DNA from: Takakia lepidozioides
Taxonomy: Eukaryota > Plantae > Bryophyta
Assembly: GCA_030704615.1 (NCBI GenBank)
Contig: CM060731.1
Location: 54,312,001-54,376,000, forward strand
Length of the DNA: 64,000 nucleotides
Direction of reading: 5' to 3'
Shown: positions 38,001 through 49,511 of the stretch, piece by piece
Layout of the letters: every line of letters starts with the position of its first letter
Numbering within the stretch: position 1 is the first letter of the stretch
Notes under the pieces: generated by a model
Told to the model about the DNA's origin: nothing
The model's input: the letters and a program-made list of their open reading frames with translations, nothing else
Database searches by the model: none
Program-made: the position numbers and the translations under genes

Positions 38001-38116
38001 GGTAATGGGCACTGTGTCCAAATAAGCTAACTCAGGAGGTCCAGGTGATGTCACTGAACTCCCCTCACTCACCAATGGAAAGGCCTCCTGCCATGCTTGG
38101 TGCACACACTCGCCTG

Positions 38117-40889
38117 CTACTCGATGCACATTCCCAACCGTACCCACAGTGGAATATGCACAGGCACATGAGGAAGCAAATCAGCCTTGTATGCCAATTG
38201 TTTGTCCTCATCAGGTGATGGCCTATCATTTGCATGGCTATTGCCCTCCAAGAGCTCACCACCCCAAGCCACCACCCCTGAGAATGCAGCCAATGTGGGC
38301 ATCATGTTCTTATGATCCACCGCTACATTCCCAATTAAACCGCACTGGGAGTAGTGCACGTCGGCCATCTCTTGACTGCCATTCCGGCCTGTAGGATGCC
38401 GTTTCCTCCCAAAGTCCAAAGTAAATCCCATGGGGTACAACACAGCCCCACCAACAAGCACATCATAGGACATCGCGTCCGTAACAATGGCTTTAGCTCT
38501 CATGACTGAGCCGTCCGTAGGATGATCCGGCTGCAATCGAATGAAGAGCTCATGGCGTGTAATCCCTCGTGCCTTCTCTGAACCGCCCAAAGATGTTTGA
38601 ATTTGGAAAGGGCAAGGCTCCAAATCCGCCTCTGTAAGGCCCAAGCCTGCAACTGCTGCTCTTCCCAACATCAATGGCTGTGCTCCTGAGTCCAACAAGA
38701 CTCGCAGTGGCATATACCTCCTCCCAGCTGGGCCACCCAACTGAAACACACCATCCCAATTGTCCACCAGGACTACCCCATGAGTCACCATACTGCGCTC
38801 AATGGCTGGCCTAGCTGGCAACTCTTGCAACCTTGCAGCTGCCGCTTGCCATGGCGCAGCTGTGGCTGTCTTCACCCTTGAATCCAGGGCATCCATGCAT
38901 TGCATTTTATCTGTTATCCCCGCAGATAGTGCCGATGCATCACCACTCTCACAGAGTGTAGCTGCCAGTCTAAACACTGCAGCTGGCCGCATCCCCGGCA
39001 TTGCAATTGTCGTGGCAGAAAACAATGGAGCTTGGCAAATTGCCGTAGCCGCCCCCAACAATGTATTGGCGGCACCTTGCTTTGCAGCACCACCCACTGG
39101 CAAATCCCGAGCCATACCAACTCTCCCCAACGGCACTCGTGGCTCTACCTCTGACACACTTGGGCGAGCGGGTGCCATCGACGGCGTAGTTGGCACTGTC
39201 TCAGCCAATGTGAAAGACTGTGGAAGCTTTGTCTGTCGACTTGTTTCCCCCCTTTGTGGATCAAAATCCACATCTGCTCCTCTTGGCTCAGGAGCACGCG
39301 TTGCTGCTCGAGTGACAGCAGCTGCAGAGTCCACATGCAATGGTCTTGCAAGTGCGGCTCCACACATGAAGCCCATACCAATCTGGTCTTCCCTAGGCAC
39401 AGGAGGTTGTGTAGGTGGGGCTTGAACCTCAGGCCTTGGAGCTACGCAACATGCGTAGTGGCCATGGTAGCAAGACGTTGTTCGAGCTGGGCAAGCCTAT
39501 CTACCATACCTTGGTCATGACCTTGACCTTGACCTTGTGCTCCCTGATTTTGGTTACGACCTCCACCGCGACCTCTGCCTCCTCTACCTCTCTGGACTAT
39601 ATTGCCTCGTTCTCGGCCACCATTGTTCCCTTGGAACTGGCCTAGCCGTAGCTCAGGATGCAAGTCATAACAATGGGCCTCCTCATGCCCATACTTGCCA
39701 CAATGCCCACACTGTAGTTGTGTAGGCTGTACCTGTGCCAGCCCTTTGCCTCTCTCCGGGCAATCTTTCTATGGGGTCCTCCACAATCCCAACATGTCAC
39801 TCCCGACTGTTGTTGTCCTGAGAATGAAGGAAGTGACATCTGGAATTGAGATCCTCTCTGTTCTTCCCTGGGCTTCGTCTGAGCCCCTTTGTTGCCTTGA
39901 GCACGTTGGGGTAGTGGTTGTTGTTGGCTAGGAGCCCCACTTCGTTGTGTCTCCTTACCAAACCCCACCATGACCACTCGCTCCTCCACCATATTGAGCT
40001 CTATCCGCTCTGCCAGCAAAAACACGTTTGCTAAGGTGGGTTGGGCCACTTGTAGGAGAGTTGCATCCCGCACCCTTCTCCTCAGCTCCTTGTCCAATAT
40101 CCCATATCATAATTGGACTGCTTGAGCTTCCGTAACCCCTTGGGTTACATTTATCAATCGCCTCTTGCGCGTGTAAGTCTCCCTCAAACTCTCAGTAGGC
40201 TTGCGATGGAACTCCTGCAAGCTCCACAATTTCTCCGTCCTTATCCCCTGGTAGTTTCTCCTCAACTCCTCAAAGAACTCCACAACTGGGTTAAAGGCAG
40301 GCACGGGTACTGGTGTTGCAGCAGGAGCTTGAGTGGATTTCCCGGCTCCATCTTTACTTGTCCTACTACTAGTGCTTGTAGTTGGGGATGTTGGTGTAGC
40401 TGTTGGTGTCGCCGCTGCCCTTGTGCCTCTAGTGATGGAGACATAGTCAGGTGACCAATACACCCGCCATTCCTCAATCTCCACCTCATGTCCCCGCCTA
40501 AATTCATGGTAGTCATCCATAGGCGGCCCCTCAAGGTGCTGAAACAGCCCCTTCCACGCCATAAAAGGCGTAAACAGTTGTGGATTGCGCATCCGCTGCA
40601 AATCACACCAACTATCAAACTCCTGTATGAAATCATCAAGCTCGATGGTGCCCACAGCTCCAAAGTACCGACGTGGCCCCTTCATAGCTCCATACATTTC
40701 CTCCATCGTATCCCACAACAATGGCACGGAAATGGCTTGCTTCCTCGGCGAGAATTCTCCTAACTTTGAGTCTGAACCTTCATCAGAAGACACTGAAGGT
40801 GAAGGTGGCCTAAACCGCACACCTCGTCTTGTATACCCACTAGTATCGCTGGTGCTCGTACCGGCACTCTCCTCAACAATTGGTGGCAC
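38117..40889 (-). pseudogene. gag and aspartic protease of family B
   Basis: gag-like LDDFIQEFDSW...LQEFHRKPTESL, CWDCGGPH knuckle, protease VLLDSGAQPLMLG...YDVLVG. Confidence 0.85.
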
Positions 40890-43088
40890 CTCCGTGATGA
40901 AAACTCACAACCACACCTATTGTAAACCCCTTTCCACAAGGTAACCGGGTAGAGAACCTGTTACGGCTTATGGCTTAGACTACTAGGTTCGTAACATAAA
41001 CTTGCACCTGCATCCACCACAAGCACTCCTATGGTCTGCTGGTCATCAACCCAGCCTCACCATAAGAGAAACAATGATGGTCTGACTGGTCATCACCCCA
41101 GCCTCACCACCGACAGCACACTCTAGGGTTGACTGGTGATCAAATCCGGACTAACCTCCTATGAAAACAAACGCCCACACAAAGCTAACATGGCGCACAG
41201 TTAAGTGTGGAGGAGATCCAAACACAAGAAAATCAAGACATCAACTCCCCCACACCAAAAACACTCCACAGTGTTGCTCCTGCAATGACACCCCAGCCCA
41301 AACCCGGACTGACTCTTGCCTCCATCTACGGAAAGGTTTTGGCCTACAGAGAGGGTGAAAGACTACAAGGAAGAGAGACTAAAGCATTTCCTAATCCCAG
41401 CATGCCCTCATCCCATTACCCTATCTCCACACTCTCTTGTTTGAACAATAGACAAGACTACCTTTCAAGGGTCTCTCAAATAACTCTCCAGGAGCCCTCA
41501 AGAATGTCTCTCAAACAATCACTAAGGCTCCCAATCCTTGCACAATGGGACTCCAAAACAGTACACCAAGGCCCCAAGAGCCTGCCAAAACTTAGCCCTC
41601 GAGGACCCCAAAAAATCCCTCATACAAGTCGCCAAAGACTCCTCAAGCTCGCCAAATATTGGCCTCCAAGGACCCCAAATAGTCATCCAAAGAACTCCAA
41701 ATGGTCCTCCAAGGACCCCAAACAGTCCTCTAATGACTCCTCCTATGTCACCATGTTCCCAATGCGTTCCCAATGCGTTCCCAAGTTCCTAATGGGTTCC
41801 CAATAAATTCCCAATAGGTTCCCAAAGTTCCCTAAGAATATTCTTGAGAATATGCCATAGTATTCCCCCAGTATTCCCCTGGGCCTATACGTATTCCCCT
41901 CGTATTCCCATTAGGAATAGCCATTTCTCCCTGGCAATAGCCATTTCCCCCTCATAGAATAGTTCATTTCCCCCTAGGGTTTAGCCATTTCCCCCTAAGC
42001 TTTAGCCACTTCCCCCTCTATTTCCTTGAGGTTTAGCCTTACCAAGCTAGGGTTTGTGCTCCTTGGGGCTCTATGCTTAATCCCCTCAAGCATCCATGAA
42101 TTCTATGGGGTACCAAGGCAAATTCCCTTGATCTTTTTCACCTTAAGCTACTCAAGTTTGTGTCTAACTCAACAAGCAATGCATTGGCCACACAACAAGC
42201 TCAATTTCTCATTGGAACTCAAAATCAACCTTGTATCTCCTTTGGCAAGCCACCAAGCCTTGTCTCCTCTCAAGCCTTGGTCATTCAAGCTCCCTTCACT
42301 TGCTAGCTCAAGAGCCACTCCTCTCAAGCTTGAAATTGCAAAGCTTAAGCCAAAAACATGCTTCACACATGCATCACCTCAGACATAAGGGAATCAACTT
42401 GCTCCCTTCACCTTCTAGCTCTCCTCAAGCTTGAAGTTGGAAGCCACACTTGGGAAGCATGCTCCACTTAAGCATCACTTGCTTGATCAACCATCCACCA
42501 TAGAACTTAAGCCAAAAGGGAATGAATACATGAGCTTCACTTTCCCCTTCCTTGTCTTGTCACATGCTATTATATGGTTGAAGTTGCTATGCATGCCTTG
42601 AGCCACAATCTCTTTTCTTCATGAAGACCATCTCCAATGATCTCCCACATGTGCTCCAAGCTCTTCAATGCTCTAGGCTTGGTTTCACATCATTATGGAT
42701 AGAATTTTCACCCATATGCTTTCCTTCAAACCTCTTGAGCTTCCTAATGCTCTCCAAGTGCTTGCCGTTGTTGTAACAAGCCCAAGCCTATGTAGCTCAT
42801 TTGCTTCTCTTCCACAACATCCACACTTGAGCTTGCTTAACCCTAGATTGATAGTGAAATGAGTACTAACAATCCTTTAGTTGCTCTCCACAAGCCATGA
42901 CACACACCATTGATTCCATAATGCATAGAAATGATTCTCAATCCCTAGAATCCATGCTTCCACACACACAAGACTTCCCTCTTGCAATCCTTGTAACACA
43001 AGAGCTATCTTCCCAAGCTCTTCAACATACAAGTGCTAAACTAACCCTTACACTCTGCACTCACAAGCATAAGGTCATCTTCTTGTAG

Positions 43089-43452
43089 TGATAATGGAAG
43101 TGAACACAATGGAAATACTCCACTCTTGAATCCACTCAATCACATAAATTAAGTCAAGCCAAGGGCACCCTTGCTAAGGGAATCCACCCTACAAAGCCCT
43201 CAACACACTCCATCTCAATACCTAGAGCTATGGAGGTGAGAGATGCTCATGGAGGCTCAACTACAAGAAGATGAGCCTCCTCCATCCTCACAAGGGGAAA
43301 ACCTATCCCCATGTCCCAAGTGAGGCTCGACACCTCAGTTGGCATGTGAGACCAAATGAAGTCCCAACACACAAAATATAAATATAAATATCTAAAATGT
43401 CCTAGTTAACTAGAAGTAGGTAATTCTAGATAACCATGACTAAAACCATGAC
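43089..43452 (-). repeat. 5' terminal repeat A1 of family B
   Basis: Starts TGTCATGG on the minus strand; near-identical to 15764-16132 except for a central ~75-bp block. Confidence 0.88.
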
Positions 43453-45026
43453 ACCCAGTACCCCAAAAATATCGTTGTAATGTTTGTAGCTCACTCAAAA
43501 ATTTCTTTTCTAACTTTGGGGTTGCATACTACTAAGAGTTGTTGGAATATTGAGTTAAAATTTTGTGTTAGTCCTAAACAGTATCCCATTATTTGTATCA
43601 TTCACACTTTTGCTTGTTCTAAACCATAGTATACTCTAAAATGTAGTTCCACATTTGAAGCTCATTGATTCATTTTATTCTAGCTTATATGTATGAGAGT
43701 CCTCGGGATATTTACTTGAAAATTCTTATATGGTCTATATACTCTTCCAATTTTATTTTGTACTTGATAGTACTTTTACTTCTCCAACCCCCTATACCCT
43801 AAACCTCATTCAAATATTTGAAGTACATTCAAATCATTTTTCCAGCTTTGGGTATAATACAATTATTGTTAAAATATTACTTGATTGAACGTTTTTATAG
43901 GTCATAAACTTTCTTACATATTTTGTGTGATTCATACTTATAAAACTTTATGCTCCTAAAACCTTATATCCATGTTGGAAGCTCGTTAAAAAAACACATT
44001 CTTACTTTGGGGTACAATGTATTTAAGGTTGAGATATTTGATTGAAAGTTCTTATAGGTTCGATGCACTATTGTTATTTTTTTTTCCCCCTTTTCACACT
44101 TTTTTCTTATCCTAAACCCTACCTCAAAACCTCATATCCCGAAGCGAGTCATTGAAAAAATAAATGTACATAACTTTGGAGTACATTGATACATTGGTTT
44201 GAAGAAATTATTTCGATTAAAAATGTCTAGAAGTTCCATAGGTTCCATACATTTTTCCACATTTTATTAATGTTGATTCGGATTTCTCATGTGAGTAAGA
44301 TTTTTTTTAAATTTCCGTGTACCGTTTTGATTTTGAATACCTTTTAGTTCGTCTTCGGGCCTTGTATTCATGTGTTAGTATTCATAAATTTATATCCGTG
44401 CAGGAGTCAATTTGGATTCGAGACCGACATACTTTTTTTTAACAAAATAAAGTATTTTGTCCAAGTTCGAGTCTTCAGTTTTACAAGCTACCTATCTACG
44501 CGGAGGCATTTGCAAAAACATATTTTCGTGCGACACACACCCAGTCTTCTGAATATTAACCTTATGTGTAGATGTTCTAGTTTCAGGCTAGAGTGTTTGT
44601 GGACTATATATAGTGCATTGTATTGGGGATAACAGACTAATTGACAACATGTACTGGGTAGTGATGTCTCATGGATACTCGTGCTAATTAGTATATATCC
44701 TTTGCATTGGCTAAATTTGTATATCATTCAACTTTGATGTCGATGTTTAATGAATTTGGAGTCACGTAAATTGTGTTATTAATATGTATCATTTGCATTG
44801 TCTAATGTATGTCATTCGACTTTGATGTCGACGTTTAAGGAATTTGGAGTCATGCACATTCACTTGAAAACTAAATCTTGATTCATTGCTTCATAAATTG
44901 TAATTATTTGATTTAATTTAAATATAAAATTATATTAAGTTTTGTCCGGATTTAAGCCAAAAGTCCAGAATTAGTTAAAATTGAGTTATCTGATGCCTCC
45001 GTCCCCAAAAGGTCCAAGCTGAAGCG
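43453..45026. repeat. Remaining AT-rich subterminal region and probable right end of the Sola-like element
   Basis: Same repeat units as 14430-15690; abrupt switch to L1 endonuclease coding sequence at ~45027. The left TIR is outside the window, so this end is unconfirmed. Confidence 0.55.
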
Positions 45027-45830
45027 TTAGGCATCTTCTCTCTTATCTGAAAACACCATTATATTCTTACAAGAGCACAAGCTCAATGACTTAAAAATTT
45101 CCACTTTGGGACAATCCGCATTTTGGCCCTCTAATCTGGCTTGGTGGAACAGAACGGTGGAAAATTCCATAGGCGGTACTGCGGTGCTGGTCTCCCCAAA
45201 TCTGGCTCCACACATATCCAATGTCCACTCGTGGATGGTCGGCAGAGCTCAATTTTGCTTTCTCTCCATGCCCGGTGCGGGTACCAAAATTGGTCTAATC
45301 AATATTTATGCTCCCAATGTTGTGGCTGAACGGATCTCTTTTTGGCAAATGTTGCAATCCAAAGTCCTTCAATCCCCCGACATTGACCAATGGATCTTGG
45401 TTGGGGATTTCAATATGACAGATAGATCTGCTGATAGGCTTGTCCTATCCTCATCTCACACCGGAAGAGCTCAATGCCTGGGACGCCTTCTGCCTGTCAG
45501 TTGGGTTCATAGACATCTCCATCCCCGGAGAAAATGGGCTGAAGTTTACCGGTCTAACTGTAGATCTCCCCCAGACTTAGTGATGTCTAGGCTGGATAGG
45601 ATTCATTGCATAAGTGGGATTATACCTTGGGCAAAATCCCATCCGCTGGGACCGGTGCTCCCAGATTTTGACGATGCAGAGGTTGCGGCCCTTTTTGCTC
45701 AGCCTGGCTCTCACTCCAAATGGAGAGGTTATTTCAAGCTTAACCCCTCCATTCTAAAATCCCAGGCCGTGGTCAATGTCCTAGCTAGTCTAGTCCTCCT
45801 CTGGTAATATGTATGAGTCCCCAACTCTTA
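45027..45830 (+). mobile_element. L1-type LINE ORF2 AP-endonuclease fragment
   Basis: IFLQEHK, LINIYAPN, WILVGDFN, SRLDRI, FKLNPSIL. Confidence 0.9.
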
Positions 45831-45838
45831 GCTAGAAG

Positions 45839-47900
45839 CTAAGGTCTGATTTCCAAATAATGGCTGGCGCACAGCTTCCTCAAAACACGTGGGTTTTTTT
45901 TGGCCTTTTTTTGGGCTAGATGTGGTCTGAAAGCATTCAAAGCAGCCCAAATGGAGTTCCAGGCATCAGAGCCTTTACCTTTGGTTTTGCAAGGCCCATG
46001 GACAAGCCATTTCGAGGAATGAGCCCATGAATTGGAAGTGGAGGCACCGCTTGTGCTAGATGCTCTCTTACCAGTAATCACCATGGACTGTTTCCATAAC
46101 GTAGAACCCTGGGAACCCATTTAGCTAGGAGGGTAGTAATCTGCAGGGCCGGGTCTATAATCCCAAGACTACCTTCTTTTCGGGGACTGCAGAGCTGGGA
46201 CCAAGAGACCAGCGCTCTTTTAGTGGGGGAAGTCGGCGTGCCCCCCCAGAGGAAGTTACGCATCATAGCTTTAATCTTGACGACAGGCTTTGAACCTGGG
46301 GACCATACCGAAGCCGAGAACCAAATAGATGCTAGTCATATTTGATTAAGCACTAGAGCCCTTCCTGCCACTGATAACATTGCGGAGCTCCAGAAAGCTA
46401 ACTTATTACGTAGCCTTCTAAGGATGGGTTCAAATCTTTGTTCCTCTGAGAGCTCAATGCCAACCTGAAAACCCAGCAGGGTATGAACAGATCCAGGCTG
46501 GAGCCACCTGAGTCCTAGCTCCTGAGCCTAATCAGGGCTGTGGCATTTGGAGGCATTGGGAGAGAGTTCAATGAGCAGCCCTACAGACTTATTCCAATTA
46601 ACCTTTAAACCAGAGGCATCACAGAAGAGTTGGAGTGCCTTGCAAGCTCTGCTGATGTTGAGGGGATTCTCATTGTTCAACAGGAGGGTAGTATCATCAG
46701 CATACATAGACAACTTTACCGCTGAGTCTCCCGACACTTGTAGACCTACAATGTCATGTCTAGAGCTCAGGTAGTGACCCAACGCATCTGCTGCAATGAG
46801 GAAGAGGTAGGGCGCTAGGGGACAACCTTGCCTTACAGACCTGAAAAGAGCAAAAGATTTAGAGATAGCTCCATTAACGACAACCTTGCTCGATGCTGAA
46901 GAGAGAAGGATTTTTGCCCATCTTGAGAAAGTCTCAGACATCCCAATTTTTTCCAGGACCTTGTGCAAGAAGCTCCCGTTAATATTGTCAAAGGCTTTTT
47001 CAAAGTCCAACATTCTGAAATTTTAGCTTTATGCTTTGCCTCATGGATGAGTAGGAGATTGTCTAAGATCATTCTCCCCATGAGGAAGCCTGTTTGCTCT
47101 GGTCTTATGACCTTGTAGAGAACAGGTTGGAGCCTTAGCGCTAATGCTTTGGCAATAATCTTATAAGTGGTGTTCAAGAGAGTTATCGGTCTGTAGTTAG
47201 AAAGCTGGCTCCTGTCCCATTTTTCTTAAAGATCAGAGTGATAAGACCCATAGACAGCTGCGATGGCATTATGCCTTTCATGAGGATCTCCTTGCCAGGG
47301 CCACTAAATCTTCTACCACAGCAGACCAGAGGGCCTTAAGAAATTCAATCGGCATTCCATCCATTCCAGGCATTATGCCAGATTGAAGGGATTGCAGGGC
47401 CTCCTTTAGCTCTGAATCAGTGAGAGGGGCAGCAAGCTCACTTTTTTCCTTTTCACATAAGAGCGAGGGGATGCTCTGCAGAATTTCATCAGCAGCCTGC
47501 TCCTTCTCCGGCAAGGATACTCTCCTAGAAAAAAGGGAGGCAAAGTGTTGCTTTGCTAGTAGAGCCATATCTTTTGGAAGAGCAGAAGAGGAACCGTCTG
47601 GCTTGGTGAGAGAAGCAATGGCGGATCCCATGCGCCTTTGCTTTGCTTTAATAAAAAAGTACTTAATCCATTTTTCACCTTTCAAGGACCAATTCACACC
47701 AGCCTTAATTCTTAGGGCGTTGTCTTTCTCTTGTCTAATTTTCCATAGATTTGACCTCGCCTGAGTGCTTGGACCTTCATCCCCTTTCTCTAGGAGTTGC
47801 TGACAAAGCTGTAGGCACTTACGCAACGACTTTTCCCTTTGGGATAGAGCCCTTCCAGCTCTCTAGATATTTCAATCTCTGTAAAGGAGAGAGGCTCTTA
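45839..47900 (-). mobile_element. L1-type LINE ORF2 reverse transcriptase fragment (inverted relative to the endonuclease)
   Basis: GEKWIKYFF, PGMDGMP, NTTYKIIAK, LDFEKAFD, VRQGCPLAPYLF, YADD, FLWGG. Confidence 0.93.
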
Positions 47901-49511
47901 TTTACGCCAACTCCGGTTGGTGTCATGACATCTCTCTCATCTCTTTATAATGTCATGTAGTATTAACCAGGTGAAGGGATCACAAAGATTGGAGGGCATT
48001 TTTTTAATGTTGTAGTCTGATGTTCAACTCTCAAATCATGGCATGTGAGTTGAGTACGTGAACAATGCAGAAGCCTCAATATGACTTCCAATCACGCAAG
48101 AAGTTGGTGATGCGTCCTCTCAAACAAACACAAGTTTCTTGCCCCTTGATGAAAGTTATCTTATTTTGGAAATACCCAAACGCGTGACTCCTCCAACTTA
48201 TCTCTTCCTACCGTTGTTAGTTATCATGGAAAGGGGGCAATATCCGTGGTAGATAGTATAGACCAGTGTTGGACCGTATATAGGTCCAACACAGGTATCA
48301 ATACGGTCCAACACTGGTCTCAATACTGATATCAACCACATACCCAGCTGGTAGGTAGAGTGGCCAATATCCTGGGCAACACCATGCTAGGGGCAATACA
48401 TACCTCACTCCATATTGTGGTATATACCATACCCGACTGGTATTGTGATGGATGAGATTGCTGTTGATACCAGTATTGCTGCAATGTGATCTCAAGGTCT
48501 TGCTCAGCCACTGGGTGAATGTGAGAGTTATTTTGCGGTCAGCGCGAACAATCCATGCAATGAAGGACAAGAAATTTCAATACTAATTCATTTTCGTCAA
48601 TGTGCTTACATAGCTACCAATGCAGGAGCCCCAATCAATAAAGATCTGCTTGAAAGTTTTGCGGCTCACCCAGTGCAGAGTTGTGACCCACAATTGCGAT
48701 TGCTGTCACTTTTTGTCGGGGGTGAACCGTGACAATACCGTGAGATCATGGACAAGGGCGGCAGTGACAACGCTTTTGCTGTGGGACAGCCTTTCCAGCT
48801 GTATTTTTTCACTTCTCTTGTTGATCAAATACTTAGCATCAGATTTTACCATGGGAGATATAGTTCGCCAGATCTGCTCTGAGAAAGAAATTCAGTGTGG
48901 ATGAGAAAGCAACCTAGCATTGTTCAGACTCTAAATAAGGACGATGGAGGTTTACTATATAGATATATTTGGCCACAAGGCTACAGCAAACAACGTCTTA
49001 TGAGTACAATATATAGATATATTTAATGATCCTCCAAAGTATTGATGTGTGGGGCTTTGCCCCGCTTCCAGTCTTAAGGTGGGTTTTTGGGAAACACTTT
49101 CTTGGGCTGACATGGCTAACTAACTGACTTGGAAAATGGCTAGTTGCTTAAGAGTAGCCCATAGAGGTGGTTCAGTAATCCGAACCGCCAGCGCCATTCA
49201 CTGGTTTTTTCATATATCCTGATTCTTGATGGCAGGTCACAGAACTGACAATCATACTCAGCTACAAATTCCTTAACCTAACTTCACGTCTCCACCACCA
49301 AACAAATTGTCTCCTGTTTATCTCGAAGACCCACCCTTTCTCAGTTTCTTGTGTTAGTCACACCCTGAAATTCTTGAAATCCAACCTAGGAACATCTGAG
49401 AGATCCTGAAGCTATCCCCTATCTGAGGCTCAACAACGGGGATTAAACTACTGTTGGTCCTGTCGGTATAAACAACTCCCTTGCACCCTCATCAACAGTT
49501 ATTATCGTCTT

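Larger units (their letters stand above)
15691..43452 (-). mobile_element. Ty3/gypsy retrotransposon (family B) encoding C5-DNA methyltransferase and integrase-PHD; contains nested MULE and CACTA elements
   Basis: Shared terminal repeat 15764-16132 / 43089-43452; CCCA on both flanks; the joined flanks recreate one Sola repeat unit (cf. 14680-14830); domain order gag-PR-DNMT-RT-RH-INT-PHD. Confidence 0.9.
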
